64,000 bases of DNA, from the NCBI GenBank assembly GCA_002633005.1, contig NMRA01000203.1, positions 566,393 through 630,392 on the forward strand. Reading direction: 5' to 3'. The notes beneath the pieces are model-generated. The model did no database searches. It was not told the DNA's origin and was given only the letters and a program-made list of their open reading frames with translations. Source of the stretch: Phoronis australis (lineage: Eukaryota > Animalia > Phoronida). Within the stretch, counting starts at the first letter, position 1; each line of letters opens with the position of its first letter. Positions 26,704 to 42,300 of this stretch are shown here, one piece after another. Made by a program: the position numbers and the translations under genes.

Positions 26704-27545
26704 NNNNNNNNNNNNNNNNNNNNNNNNNNNNNNNNNNNNNNNNNNNNNNNNNNNNNNNNNNNNNNNNNNNNNNNNNNNNNNNNNNNNNNNNNNNNNNNNN
26801 NNNNNNNNNNNNNNNNNNNNNNNNNNNNNNNNNNNNNNNNNNNNNNNNNNNNNNNNNNNNNNNNNNNNNNNNNNNNNNNNNNNNNNNNNNNNNNNNNNNN
26901 NNNNNNNNNNNNNNNNNNNNNNNNNNNNNNNNNNNNNNNNNNNNNNNNNNNNNNNNNNNNNNNNNNNNNNNNNNNNNNNNNNNNNNNNNNNNNNNNNNNN
27001 NNNNNNNNNNNNNNNNNNNNNNNNNNNNNNNNNNNNNNNNNNNNNNNNNNNNNNNNNNNNNNNNNNNNNNNNNNNNNNNNNNNNNNNNNNNNNNNNNNNN
27101 NNNNNNNNNNNNNNNNNNNNNNNNNNNNNNNNNNNNNNNNNNNNNNNNNNNNNNNNNNNNNNNNNNNNNNNNNNNNNNNNNNNNNNNNNNNNNNNNNNNN
27201 NNNNNNNNNNNNNNNNNNNNNNNNNNNNNNNNNNNNNNNNNNNNNNNNNNNNNNNNNNNNNNNNNNNNNNNNNNNNNNNNNNNNNNNNNNNNNNNNNNNN
27301 NNNNNNNNNNNNNNNNNNNNNNNNNNNNNNNNNNNNNNNNNNNNNNNNNNNNNNNNNNNNNNNNNNNNNNNNNNNNNNNNNNNNNNNNNNNNNNNNNNNN
27401 NNNNNNNNNNNNNNNNNNNNNNNNNNNNNNNNNNNNNNNNNNNNNNNNNNNNNNNNNNNNNNNNNNNNNNNNNNNNNNNNNNNNNNNNNNNNNNNNNNNN
27501 NNNNNNNNNNNNNNNNNNNNNNNNNNNNNNNNNNNNNNNNNNNNN
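26704..27545. other. Assembly gap (N run)
   Basis: 842 N. Confidence 1.
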
Positions 27546-30188
27546 CAAATATTTTATTCAAACTTTTTTCATAGTTAAGAATACATATTCCTAGTAACAG
27601 TTCCTTTTTCAGTTTGATGACATTATTCAAGTTTTGAGGAGCTTTGTCATTAATTAGATAATCACAATAAATACAAATATCAAATTTCATAGAGGTAGGA
27701 CAAGTAGTTTTCAAGGTAAGTCTTCCAATGTTATAACAGAGCAACACTGATCGTTGAAACGCACCCAACGATAGCACCGCAAATGGTATAATTCTTTGGG
27801 TGTTTTTAGTATCAAAATGGCCATTAGGTGGCGCAGAGTGTGTCAAAGGTGGTGTCGTCTCTGTAAAACACATCTATTTGCCAAATTTCATGAAAATAAG
27901 CCAAGGAACTACTAAGATATAGAGGCAAACATAAAAACAATTGACACTAGGGGGCACAGCTGTTGTCTGATTGGTCTAAAACTCATCGTCATCTGTTGCC
28001 ATCTCCATAGAAGCCCATCTGCCATATTTCGCAAAGATCCTTCAAAAGGTAAAGGAGATACTGTCACTGATACAAAAAAAAGAAAAAAATTGCTCCTAAG
28101 GGGCTCCAGAATAGTCAAAAACTTCCGAAAATCAAGATCAGCCATGGTCTTTGCACCAGAAACACACTGCTGTCAATTTTCATAATTATCTTTCCAGTGG
28201 TTCGGCATAGGCGGATGTCAAAAATATAACAAAAATTTTTAAATGGCCACCAAAAATTTATATCAGCATCTAAATTTTATTTATCGGTATCACTTCTTTT
28301 GAATGGTGTTTTCTATTTCCAAAAATGTACTTGAACCTGTCATTTCTTTTTTAGAATACAAATTTTCATACTGGCCTTTCAATTTTTGTTGAGTGTTTTG
28401 TTCACATTTCTTTTTTCTTAACTACATTTGATTTTCTTCCATCCTCTATCCATTTGCACGTGTAATTAAACCTCTAACATTATTTACTTTTCTCGATTTT
28501 TTCCATTTCAGCATTGCATTCTGTCATAGTTCTTCATAGATGGGTAGTTTTGTTTCTTAATACAAAATTTGAAAATCTTCAGTTTTTGAACAAGTTCCTT
28601 CTGAAGTTTTTGGCAAACTGGAAATGGTAAAGAAGCTGTTCTTATGTTGCTTAAAAGAACATCTAAGAACAGATGATCATCAATAACTAAATGCTGGTCA
28701 ACAAAAAATCTTTATTGTAAGAAGGCGTATACTCTTTGATAGTATCGAGAATCCTCTTTATTTTTGTTATGCGTGTTTCATCATCTAACGGGGAGTTACT
28801 AAAACACCAAAATTGACTGTTTTTGCTGTGTAAGATAATTAAAAATATCTTTTCATTTCAACGTGGAGACTAGACATCTACAATTCATAGAGAATATTCT
28901 AACCATAATTTCCATAAAAAGGACGTGATATGCGAGTACAATAAGCTGAGACATGAGAATTCGGACATGGGTTGGTTAAAAAAAATAATTCATAACACAG
29001 ATACAGTTTATGTAAATTACGTCTTCTAAGCCTAAATCAGCACCTGAATCGGAATAGTATTCACACACAAATTTGGTCACAGTTTCTATTAAAATTGGTT
29101 TGGTCACTTGATTGCTTTATTAGATTGATTTAGAACGTTAAATCCTTTTTAAATAAGTTCATGTCTCAAAAGTCATCAACTGATTCATCTCCAATTAAAC
29201 ATTTAGCTTCACCTCAAATTAAGCTTTTAGTTTCTTAGACTGCCCCAATTTGGTCAGTTGAAAATCCAGTCTTAAAAAATTATGTCTCTTCATTACATTG
29301 AAAGGAAAATTCCTGTGAGAAAACAGCATGTTGCCGAGTCTTGCATAAATTCAGGTTACCTTAGATTTCACAAAGTGGGCACACATATCTACTGTTTGTT
29401 GATTACACTCAAACTTGCTAGTAACCTCTGCTTGTTCAGGCTTGTTACATTAGCGTAAATTTTTTCATGTCACGGACCATTCACTAGTAAGAATTTCAGC
29501 AATGTCACTACAGGATTCGGTACTGGACCAAATGGTGTCCTCACCAGACTGTTTTTTCGACACAAAACAGGTTCATAACAGTTTCAACTTTACCTTAGTT
29601 GTTCAAAATGCAAAATCCCTCCAAAATTTTTATCAATTCATTTTTACAAATTAATTGTTCACTGCAAATTGAGTTCAGTCTAGTAACAAGACTTCTTGCA
29701 TTAAATACAAAAATAACTATTAATATATACTATATTTAAATAAACAGTACAAATCATGGTTGAGCTGGAAGTCAATTGAGGAATGACCATCATTAAATCC
29801 AAAAATATGTTACTGAACAGTAAGTTTGTGATGAGATGGGTGTAATTGCAGTACATAGAACATTCCAGCAATACAAGGGTAGAATTCAGTGAATAGCTTC
29901 ACAAATTTTTACAACATACTGCTCTTCCTAGTAGAATTTAAACTGGATGATGTGTTGATTGGTAAATCACGCACTGCAGCTGGATAATCGCTTGTGGCAA
30001 AATTCACTGTCAGTTGCAGTTGAACAATCACCTTCAGAGAAAACTTGTAGTTTGAGACACAACCAGCTTCTTTGTTGCAAGTAGTATAAGATCATCCAAT
30101 CCAGTGACATCATCACTTTCACTTGAATTCACATTCAAAACCTGCTTCAGTCAGTAAGTCTATTGAACTAAGACCATAATCTGGTTCT

Positions 30189-30314
30189 TCAGTGTGGTGA
30201 ATTACTGTTATAGAAAGTATTCACTGGTAAATCTCCATTAGAGTTAGCCATCTCTGTAATGTTTGATGGAAGGAAATACAGAGGCAGAAAGTCGACACGG
30301 CCACTGGACCACAC
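30189..30314 (-). CDS. AAAS: AAAS terminal coding exon
   Basis: [18 protein letters not shown]...SPH*; candidate minus-strand AATAAA at 28711-28716. Confidence 0.88.
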   Translation of the reverse strand: MWSSGRVDFLPLYFLPSNITEMANSNGDLPVNTFYNSNSPH

Positions 30315-33300
30315 CTAAAATAGATTAGTAACACATTAGTAGACTGAAACAGCTCCACTACAGGGCGCTAACAAATTTGGAAAGATAGTGTACAAAAGTT
30401 GAATATCTAAGCTTACTAGAAATATGAGGAATCCAAATTGCTGATACAATTCAAACAAACATTTTCATGACTTCTCAACGCTGATAATAAAACCGCATTC
30501 TTATCAGTCATTTCATAAACACAATGCCACAACTTAAGCTATACTCACCACAGTCAAAAATGCTCCTTTATCATATTTTGGCTTGAATGCTATCAGCTGA
30601 GGTGTCTCACCAGGCTTACCCTGTATGAAGCCACTGAAACAAACATGTAGTGACTTATAGAGCATACCAAAACATGTTTGCTGAAAGTTTCTCTGACAGA
30701 ACAAGACAAAAGTAATCAAACAAAATACCATTTCTCCAATCATATCAGTTTATGTCTTTAACAGCAAAAAGGACTGGTAATGGCTATCACGATGAGAAAA
30801 TTCTAATTGCAAAATGGCTTAGATACCAGATCAACTTTCATGTTAATCCCTCTTCATGCTAGGTGATGAGGGAAGACTACTCTGACTATGAGTCTGGCTT
30901 CAGTCCAGCCATCATAAAGGGAAATTCCGGGTCATTTTGTGAATACATGTTTGGCGTGGTCATTTACATTGACAACATAGCTTGTTTAGAAAACTCTAAG
31001 CTTTAAGTCTTTCCATCACTATTGTATGGAGACAAGAGCTATCAAGTACGAATTAACTAGGTTAACCTTTCACTCAGGTGGTTGGCTTGGAAGGCACAAA
31101 GTTCTGATTTGAAAGCCTTTTTATTCAGACGAGATTTGTTTAACATTATTTCATTGTTGCAAAGTAAAACGTTGTCGAGACAATGATTGAACAATACGTT
31201 AATCAGCAAAAAGTTGACATTGTGGTTCTTACCATGGCATGGCCTCAAACATGGGTTTCATGTTTGTTCTAAATACAGCAACTAGTGAGCTGTGAATTCC
31301 TACAAAAAAGACAGTAAAACATAGCAAATGTACTTCAAAGCTAGCAGATATTCATGACATAATTAGAGCTAGAGAATATGAGATACCAAATGAATGTCTG
31401 ATGGTTTTAAAAAACAGTTTGCTGCACAAAAACCCATAAGCCCAGTAGACAAATAATATAAAGTTTTCAAATAGTCAAGTAAAATTGTCTTCTGTTTACT
31501 CTTTTTGAAAATTTTGATCAAATAAAATTTTATTATTCTGCCTCATTGAGTTCCAATTTGAAGAAACTTTACCGTAACAACAATGGTACGGCCAGCACTT
31601 ACATGAAGCTTTTCAACCCATGATGCCTCACAACATTGCTAACCAATTTTATTAGTGAGTGTATACAAGGAAGTGAACGAGAACCTGGCTATAATGAGAA
31701 AGTGATTTCTGGGGCAGTGTTAAAAACATTGCTAACCAGGTCACGGATCTGTTCAGTAATCCATGAATCTTACCAAGGAGTATTCAAGTCCTACATCATA
31801 GAGCTATTGAACGGTGTGTCTCGCTCAACATTCACATGCCATTCATTAGCTAATACTGGTATTCACATGGAATTCAAGGCGAGATTTGAACCCTCATCAC
31901 CAGACATTGTTAGCAAGGGCTCAGTGGCTGTATCCCATGACCAGCTCACTCTCGACAACGCTAAATGTAATCGTATTTGACATCCTTGACTGTTCCTTAC
32001 TTCCACTTGAACATGCCAATAGTGATTGCAGCCAACATTAAATTAATCCAAATATTCAAAGTACCAATGCAACCGCTTATGACAGTTTTCAATGTCAATT
32101 ATATTTTACCTTTGAACTAGTCAACTTACTACTATGAAGTTGACCCAATTTTGTGTTACCTTGCTCAGATTAGAAGTGATTTCCGGTCTTCAGAAAATGA
32201 GGAATTGCTGTTGCTGAAGACTGAAAGCAGTGAACTTACCGCTCAAATGCAATGGAATTACCAAGTAGTGAATTGGCACTTTTAAATCTGATCAGATTTT
32301 AATGTGACAAGAAGACACTGTGATACCTCACCTAACAAACGCCAATCAGTGGCAGATTGAGACAATGACACACAGTTAAGTACCTTGAAATTGCACAGCC
32401 AGCCTTTCTCCAGTAGGGTCCCAAACCATGGAGTGAATAGGTCCTCCCACACTACAAAGAAGTACAATGCACCATCAAATCTAATGCCAATTTTTCTTCT
32501 AAACAACAATGTATAATTACTCTGGCTCTGGGCTGTTCCAGTAAAATCTGTATGGGACGGTGGGAAGGCACTTTGTTTTCGCACCCACCCTCCATATTTT
32601 CCATTTATTTCTTCAGCCCAACACCTGTAATTTTTTATATTAAGTTTGAAATGCAATCATCCGTAATTTTTTTTGTTCTTGTGGTTGACTGCACAGTTTA
32701 GCTGTTGCTCGACCACCACTGACATCATTCATTACTAAGAAAACATATGTTTCTTATATATGGTTATTAGCCATCGAGAAATTCGAGCGCCTGTGGTTGA
32801 CTTGTGTTATGGGCATGCCAATGGGGAAATTGGAGGGAGTCAAAAAGTCGGAGCTTTTTACAAGTTGCACTTTTGTTTTAGTTGTTAATTCTGTGTAGAT
32901 TGTTTATAAAACTTACTGAAATTACCCACCATCAAACATTTATGGCACAATGAAACAAAAAGGACCTGTAAATTTTTATTTCTTTGAAGTACGACCACCA
33001 GCCATTTTGAATTTAAATCAAACACAACCACCCAAAACATTTTTATTTCAATTGCCTCCCCCCCACACAGATTTTACTGGAACAGCCCGACTGCAAATCG
33101 ACACAATTGGATAAAACTATCAAGAATTATATGCACTACAAAGCTTAAAGATACTTTGATTGCAGTGGTCAAGTTAAAATTGTTGAATTTGGTGCAATAA
33201 ACCTGCCATTGAAACAATCAGTGAACTCTACTCTTGAGTTGGTTAACAGTGTAATGGTACAAATGTAGGAGCTATAAAGAAACCTGAATATGTTTCTGTT

Positions 33301-36300
33301 ATACTACTTTAGAACAAGCTTATGATTTGGTGTATAAAATTGCGTACAACCACAGAAGCATGAGTCAGAAGACACCATACCAGACTTCTCTATCCTCAAA
33401 ATCCAGCGTAATCCTAGATAGGTCAACACAGTTCACAGCAACCTTTGACCCTCCTACCATGGGTGATTGCTCATCCATATCAGACAGCGGTGGAAACTTC
33501 AACGAGAATATACAAGGTTCCATTTCAGTGGCAAACAGCAGGACACTTCCGTCTGGACTCCAACAAGCTGTCTGACACCGACCGGAGAGCTTGGTCCACT
33601 TTTCACAGCTCCAAGTCCTTGATTCCCATACTCTGTAAAAAACATATCATAAAAATCACTTCATGAAATGTGCATGCATAAAATGTGTTGAAACATGACA
33701 AGACAAAGGCCAAATTATATCTCTCCTGTTGGTCATACATAGAAATATTTTTTATGCATACTAGATCATAGTGCATTCACATTGCTGACTCCCTAATATC
33801 CAGATTAATAATACACTTATTAAAAAATATTGTAGAACTGGTGGTGCTCTCAAAAATATGTTGGACAGCTGAGAGACAGGTTCAAAAGTCTGATGTATGA
33901 ACTGCCTCACTGGTTGTCCTACCTTCCTTCAGGCATCCGGACACCACCTCATTCTCAACTGTCAGACAACATATCCACGAACTGTACAATACATATTCCG
34001 AATAGTCGAGTCTTGAGACACATTCATTGGCAATTCAAGCATAACACATTACAAACTTGTTTTATCATTCTCTGTGNTGACATCCTTGACTGTTCCTTAC
34101 TTCCACTTGAACATGCCAATAGTGATTACAGCCAACATTAAATTAATCCAAATATTCAAAGTACCAATGCACCCACTTACGACAGTTTTCAATGTCAATT
34201 ATATTTTACCTTTGAACTAGTCAACTTACTACTATGAAGTTGACCCAATTTTGTGCTAGCTTGCTCAGATTAGAAGTGATTTCCGGTCTTCAGAAAATGA
34301 CTAATTGCTGAAAGCACTGAACTTACCGCTCAAATGCAATGGAATTACCAAGTAGTCAATTGGCACTTTTAAATCTGATCAGATTTTAATGTGACAAGAA
34401 GACACTGAGATACCTCACCTAACAAACGCCAATCAGTGGCAGATTGAGACAATGACACACAGTTAAGTACCTTGAAACTGCACAGCCAGCCTTTCTCCAG
34501 TAGGGTCCCAAACCATGGAGTGAATAGGTCCTCCCACACTACAAAGAACAATGCACCATCAAATCCAATGCCAATTTTTCTTCTAAACAACAATGTATAA
34601 TTACTCTGGCTATGGGTTGTTCCAGTAAAATCTGTATGGGACGGTGGGAAGGCACTTTGTTTTTGCACCCACCACCCATATTTTCCATTTATTTCTTCAG
34701 CCCAACACCTGTAATTTTTTATAAGTTTGAAATGCACTCACCCGTAATTTTTTTGTTCTTGTGGTTGACTGCACAGTTTATCTGTTGCTCGGCCACCACT
34801 GACATCATTCATTACTAAGAAAACATATGTTTCTTATGTATGGTTATTAGCCATCGAGAAATTCGAGCGCCTGTGGTTGACTTGTGTTATGGGCATGCCA
34901 ATGGGGAGACTGGAGGGAGTGAAAAAGTCTTGAGCTTTTTGCAAGTTGCACTTTTGTTTTAGTTGTTGATTCTGTGTAGATTGTTTATAAAACTTACTGA
35001 AATTACCCACCATCAAACATTTATGGCAAAATGAAACAACAACGACCTGTAAATTTTTATTTCTTTGAAGTACGACCACCAGCCATTTTGAATTTAAATC
35101 AAACACAACCACCCAAAAAATTTTTATTTCAATTGCCTCCCTCCCCCCCCCCCCCTCCCACACTGGAACAGCCCGACTGCAAATCGACACAATTGGATAA
35201 AACTATCAAGAATATATGCACTACAAAGCTTAAAGATATTTTGATTGCAGTGGTTAAGTTAAAATTGTTGAAGTTTGCTGCAATAAACCTGCCATTGAAA
35301 CAATCAGTGAGCTGGACTCTTGAGTTGGTTAACAGTGTAATGCTACAAATGTAGGAGCTATAAACAAACCTGAATATGTTTCTGTTATACTACTTTAGAA
35401 CAAGCTCGGGATTTGGTGTATAAAGTTGCGTACAACCACAGAAGCATGAGTCAGAAGACAACATACCAGACTTCTCTATCCTCAAAATCCAGCGTAATCC
35501 TAGATAGGTCAACACAGTTCACAGCAACCTTTGACCCTCCTACCATGGGTGATTGCTCATCCATATCAGACAGCGGTGGAAACTTCAACGAGAATATACA
35601 AGGTTCCATTTCAGTGGCAAACAGCAGGACACTTCCGTCTGGACTCCAACAAGCTGTCTGACACCGACCAGAGAGCTTGGTCCACTTTTCACAACTCCAA
35701 GTCCTTGATTCCCATACTCTGTAAAAACATATCATAAAAAATCACTTCATGAAATGTGCATGCATAAAATGTGTTGAAACATGACAAGACAAAGGCCAAA
35801 TTATATCTCTCCTGTTGGTCGTACATAGAAATATTTTTTATGCATACTAGATCATAGTGCATTCACATTACTGACTCTCTAAGATCCAGCTTAATAATAC
35901 ACTTCATAAAAAATATTGTAGAACTGGTGGTGCTCTCAAAAATATGTTGGACAGCTGAGAGACAGGTTCAAAAGTCTGATGTATGAACTGCCTCACTGGT
36001 TGTCCTACCTTCCTTCAGACATCCGGACACCACCTCATTCTCAACTGTCAGACAACATATCCACGAACTGTACAATACTTATTCTGAATAGTCGAGTCTT
36101 GAGACACATTCATTGGCAATTCAAGCATAACACATAACAAACTTGTTTTATCATTCTCTGTGGTTAAAAGTTAAAATAGAAAAAAAATCAATAAGAATTA
36201 TTAATCTTCATACATGGCACATCTTGGTAAAAAAAAATAGTTCCTCCCTGACGGAAGGATGCAAATTCTTTTCCAGAAAAATGAGAAAAAGAATCACACA

Positions 36301-39300
36301 AATATTTTATCTTATTCCCAGTGTGTTAAAATGGATCTGCAGTCTGAGCAAAAATGAGACATAAAGCAACAAGAACAACCCTTCACACATATGCAGTTTC
36401 ACAGTCATGCTCCACCTGAATATTGGGGACGGTGTGCCAACAAGAACTCTAGCACCATCTGGTGACCAAGAGAGGAGTGACACTCCCCCACCACCAACTC
36501 TACGTAAAGGTGTACAGCGCTCTGTTGCAACATCCCATAACATCATTGCAGAATCTGAAGGTGAGCCACTAATGAGAATACCACCTTTTGGACACCAGGC
36601 TAAGCACGTGACTGGCCCATGACCGGGTTGAGACAAAACCTGCACAGAACTTGAAGAAGGTCTGTAAAATCAGCAAAATGAAACATTAGTGAAAGTACTG
36701 AACACTTAACTGAATATAATGACAACAAAAATAAAGTACTCAAGTGTCAATTTATATTTATAACTTCACGTCTTGAGGACATGTTCAATAAATGTTACAT
36801 GAAATTAATAAGTGAAGATATAGTACATTTATTTAGAATTCCTCCGAAAGAATAAGTTCACGAAAGGATAACATGCATGTTAAAGCAATACAAAGTCATA
36901 TTTATCACTGGCAGTGCAGTACCTTGCTGTTAAAGCAACACAAAGTCATATTTATCACTGGCAGTGCAGTACCTTGCTGTTAAAGCAACACAAAGTCATA
37001 TTTATCACTGGCAGTGCAGTACCTTGCTGTTAAAGCAACACAAAGTCATATTTATCACTGGCAGTGCAGTACCTTGCTGTTAAAGCAACACAAAGTCATA
37101 TTTATCACTGGCAGTGCAGTACCTTGCTGTTAAAGCAACACAAAGTCATATTTATCACTGGCAGTGCAGTACCTTGCTGTTAAAGCAACACAAAGTCATA
37201 TTTATCACTGGCNAACTTGAAGAAGGTCTGTAAAATCAGCAAAATGAAACATTAGTGAAAGTACTGAACACTTAACTGAAAATAATGAAAACAAAAATAA
37301 AGTACTCAAGTGTCAATTTATATTTATAACTTCACATCTTGAGGACATGTTCAATAAATCTTACATGAAATTATTAAGTGAAGATATAGTGCATTTATTT
37401 AGAATTCCCCCGAAAGAATAAGTTCACGAAAGGATAACATGCATGTTAAAGCAACACAAAGTCATATTTATCACTGGCAGTGCAGTACCTTGCTGTTAAA
37501 GCAACATAAAGTCTTATTTATCACTGACAGTGCAGTACCTTGCTGCTAAAGATGTGGGGTCAACATGCCAGACTAATATCAAACTTTGACAGGCTACAGC
37601 AAGCACCGATGAACTGAAAGGCCTGAAACAAGGAAATTTAGATGATTAGAATCAAATAGATTGCGAATTTAGTGCAGACGAATTAAAAGCCTTGTACATA
37701 AATCCAATGTAGATGAATCGCTGATAATGCAAATTCAATGTAGATGGAAAACTGTGACTGCAAATTATGATGCAAAGACAAATTGACTATTCCTGATGAT
37801 TTTTGTGAATAACACACTTTCTATAATTACTGAAAATTCCAAAATATCCTGAGACAGTGTTGGTTGTGTTTATGACAATTAAAAGAACATACACATTATT
37901 GAATAACTTTTAAAAAATAAGTTACAATCATAAATGTTTCAGATTATAGGTCATCAAAACTGCATGACTTTTGCATGATGCTTTGTTGCATTTAACGGCA
38001 TCTCCATGCTTAACTGCTATTCCACGTATTTTCTAGAACAGACCCATCATTCCAGATCTTTTTCAAACTATACAAATCATGTTCTGTTATGTTATTGGGC
38101 TAAGAGACATGACAAGAAAATTTAAGAATAAAATAAGGACAATAGTGGTGATCAGTTAACTAGATGTAATTAGTTTAATTATCATTAAACTTAACCCAAG
38201 ATCACCAAAGAACCTTTGCCACCTACTTCCAAGCCAGATGAGCTACACTCTTCTGTAGTCTGTGTTTGAGCGTAGGGACAATGTCTGTCTTACTAGCATA
38301 TATACGAATGGTGTCATCAGGAAGTGCTACAGCATACTTGTCCGCTTGCGGGTGCCAAGCAAATGACCGGACAGGAGAAGTGTACCTGGAACAGAAATAA
38401 AAGTAAAGAATTATGAGTAGGCTGCTCAGTGATTTACTGACTGAAGCAACAAATACATTTCTGTGACAGAGTTGATTCGCTTCCAAATACTAACAAGGTG
38501 TTGTTACAGAGACCCTTCAGTGGGTTTACTTTATTATCACATGCTTGGGGCACCATACTTCCATATCAAAATTGGTGCCTTGAGCAAAAGACAAACAATT
38601 GGAGCTTCAAAAGTAGTTTAAACCACATGTAACTATAACTTTGATTTCAACTTGTTCCTTACTCACACGAGAAGTTTGCTCAGACCTGACAGTAAGTTAT
38701 TCTTCACGACCATGCTCGAATCATAAAATGACACACAAGCCCAACCAATAAGCTAGTCATTTCAATTATATCTTGAGAGCAATTAGTTAGCAGTGAACGC
38801 TGTGTTCATTCAGTTTCTTACGTCCATCACTTCAACTGAAGAGAAAAAATACTATTGAATTAATTTTGTTCTTACCAGTCCAACACACTTGCAAACTCAG
38901 CAATCATATCATCATTGGATAGCTGTAATGTAAAGACATTTAATGTTCCCATAAATGAGGCTCCTCTTAACACTTGTCACATTAAAGTTCTTAACCACCA
39001 ATGTCAAGTTTGTTNTCGTGCAACCCCATTTCCTCATCCTGGCCACCATTCCCGTACGTTTCTTCATAGTATTCTTTCAATTTTGCTCATAATCGTCGTC
39101 GCTTTCAAATTCCCTGCTTTCCGCCATTGTTCAATGCTAGTCACTGCTCTCTTGTGTTCAACCCATGACGTCACATGGCGGGAAATGTGAAAATTGGCAA
39201 AATTGAATGAAAAATCACAATTTCGAGCTAGTTACACAAAATAAACATGGGTTTAGCTAAATTTTACGTCATACATTTAGTTTGTGGCCACCGGTAATTC

Positions 39301-42300
39301 AAAATGTGCAAAAATCCATGGTGTGTACTGTTTAAACCACATGTAACTATAACTTTGATTTCAACTTGTTTTTTACTCACACGAGAAGTTTGCTCAGACC
39401 TGACAGTAAGTTATTCTTCACGACCATGCTCGAATCATAAAATGACACACAAGCCCAACCAATAAGCTAGTCATTTCAATTATATCTTGAGAGCAATTAG
39501 TTAGCAGTGAACGCTGTGTTCATTCAGTTTCTTACGTCCATCACTTCAACTGAAGAGAAAAAATACTATTGAATTAATTTTGTTCTTACCAGTCCAACAC
39601 ACTTGCAAACTCAGCAATCATATCATCATTGGATAGCTGTAAAGACATTTAATGTTCCCATAAATGAGGCTCCTCTTAACACTTGTCACATTAAAGTTCT
39701 TAACCACCAATGTCAAGTTTGTTAACAAAACAATACTTTCTGTTCAAACTCCTGGTGTTGACTTTAATTCCATGGGTATCCCTGGCACATTTACAGTCGT
39801 AAAAGTCTGGTTTTACACTTTTCCTTGTCATAAAACAGGTCGGACTTGTCGAAAGTAGGCACAAAAAGGCTACCGATAGATTTTCCTTTAAACTAGTTAA
39901 ACACAAACATGGTTGAAAGTTTTGGCAAAGATTACAAACTAGTATAATTATTTACCTATTTTTGCCTAGAACACAAATAGATTTTTCAAACAGTTACTTT
40001 CTGGAGAACAACAAATTGCAGGTAGCAATAAAATTGAGTTTAGGCACTGAAAAGGTACAGTTACTTAGTTCACACTAAAATACTAAATTCATAATATCAT
40101 TCATTGTTAATATATAATCCTTGACAAAGCCCAACAGTTGTTGTGTTTTACTATATAAGCCACTCACAGCCAAATGAGGAAACAGCGAACCATGGAGTGA
40201 GTTGGTCCACCGTATGAAAGCTAGCAGACTTCTAGCAACTTTGCTAATCCAACTAGGAACTGAAATGAAAGAAGTTGAATTAATAATTGAATAGAGGCCA
40301 GATTTATGAAATGTGACTTAAAAGTGTATTTGCAAGCTCCTAACTATGCTATGGTACAACAGGGACTAAACAACAATGCTATTTGAATATCATCCATGCT
40401 AAACAAAAAGCAGTAATGTATTCATTGATAACTTTTAAATGTGAAAACAAAGAATTCTGCCCATAGCTGACTTTTGCACTAATGACGTATCTTGAGGGCA
40501 TCATCCCCAACACCTCGCCACAATACTTACTGGACACGGTTGAGTGATTTACAGCGGATCATTTTCGACACAAAACTCGTTTTTAAAAACATTTGCCAAT
40601 TTTCAACGTACTTTATATTCACGTAGTCACTTAATAGTGTGTTTCTAACTAATTTGATCAAGCAATCACTATAAAGGTTTAGCCAAGTAATTATGAATGT
40701 TCCTTAGACAAAAAGCAATACAGAAACTATCTCTGTCAGTAAGTAACAGTTATGTGTTTATTTTCAAACTTTGCTAATTAAAGGTTTCTCCAAGTAATTA
40801 TCACATCACAGTCTAGAAATAATTTATAAGAGTACCAGTCACGTGTATATTTTCAGAAACTTTACAATATTGCTCTGGTGAGATTCATAATTTTTCAGAA
40901 ATAGTTGTGTGGAATGTAAGACCAAATTTCTGACTTAAGTCTTGAGTCAAACAAACCCCAGGTCTGCCACAATAACGGCAGTTTCGGTTATCAAAGACAA
41001 AAACATTGCAGCTCTGACAAAAAAATACATGACTGGTCAGCAATTCGTTTCTGGCTAGAGTACACACCAAAAGTGACGAGATAAAATGCCCATCATACAG
41101 TGATTTTGGCTACTCTGAAGGTGAATTCCACTCAGTCATGAATTCCACGTCATTTTGTCCAATTATTTTTGGCATGTGCTAAAGCAACATCTTCAATCTT
41201 CCATACCTCAACTATTACCGGTACATCCTTTCTTTACCATTAGCTACATCTGATGTTTTCGTTGTTCATCCTCAATAGCTCACAAGTCACTTACATACAA
41301 CTAGTCATGATAAATTGCGACATCTTTTGATTATTAGTACCTTCACTCTTGGTTGCTCCCAGCTCCTCGAGACTTCCTGCCAAGCCTTGTTCATGCCTAT
41401 GAAAATATCAAAATAATAAAACTTTCCTTGCAAACTTGCAGTGAACTGCTCCAATATCATTTCAGTCAAGCTGGCTTGGAACAGCAAGTGTTAAGAGTAA
41501 CATGGTATTTTAGGATATGTTGGGTGCCTAGGGCCAAAACATCACAGATAAATAAATAAAATGAGCAGATCAAGGACGATGATTGTACGCATAATTGAAC
41601 TGGTAAGCACAGACGGATTTCAAACAAAAATTTGACAAAAAATAAACTTGAACACAGAGCATTGGAATGCACCCATGAATACGCATACGGTGTGCTTCTA
41701 TGGGTCTTTTTAGTATCATAAAAATGGCCATTAGATGACGCAGAATGCGTCAAACCCATCCGAATTGAGAAGGTGGCATTGTCTATGTAATATACACCTA
41801 TTTGCCAAATTTCATGAAAATAAGCCAAGGAACTCCTAAGATATAGAGGCAAATGTAAAAAAATTGACACTAGGGGGCACAGCTATAGTCCGATAGGTCT
41901 CAAACTCATCATTGTCTGTTACCAATGCCATCTCGATAAAAGCCCATCTGCCAAATTTCCTTCAAGGGGTTAGGAGATGCAGTTGTCAAGAGAAAATGCA
42001 TGGCATTTACAAGTCAAAAACAAATTCTGACAACTTCCATCCAATCCCAATTCCGAATTAATGTCGCATAAAATCTGAGTCTTCTCCAGGGTGGTCCTAG
42101 TCGTCCAATACGTATCCGGATCTAACCGGTCGCTGATCACAGTTAGTAATAGCTTGGTTTAAAGGAATACTCATAAACAGGGATTTAACATCAAATTGAA
42201 ACACTGGTTTGCCCAGTTGGCACCTCTAAATCTTGTTGAACGTACGTTTTCATAGTTATTTCACCCAAACACAAATGTGATGGTGATAATATCACGAAGT

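Noticed and set aside
26501-27873. Long ORFs of 288-391 aa in the ORF track
   Set aside because: They are artefacts of translating through the N gap.
31978-36161. Internal duplication of AAAS exons 9-10 (extra WD repeats)
   Set aside because: The ~2.1-kb copies, introns included, differ only at allele level and join at an N (34077). This is most likely an uncollapsed haplotype; half read depth would confirm it.
38617-39724. Duplicated AAAS exon 5
   Set aside because: The near-identical copies are separated by an N at 39015, so this is an assembly overlap.
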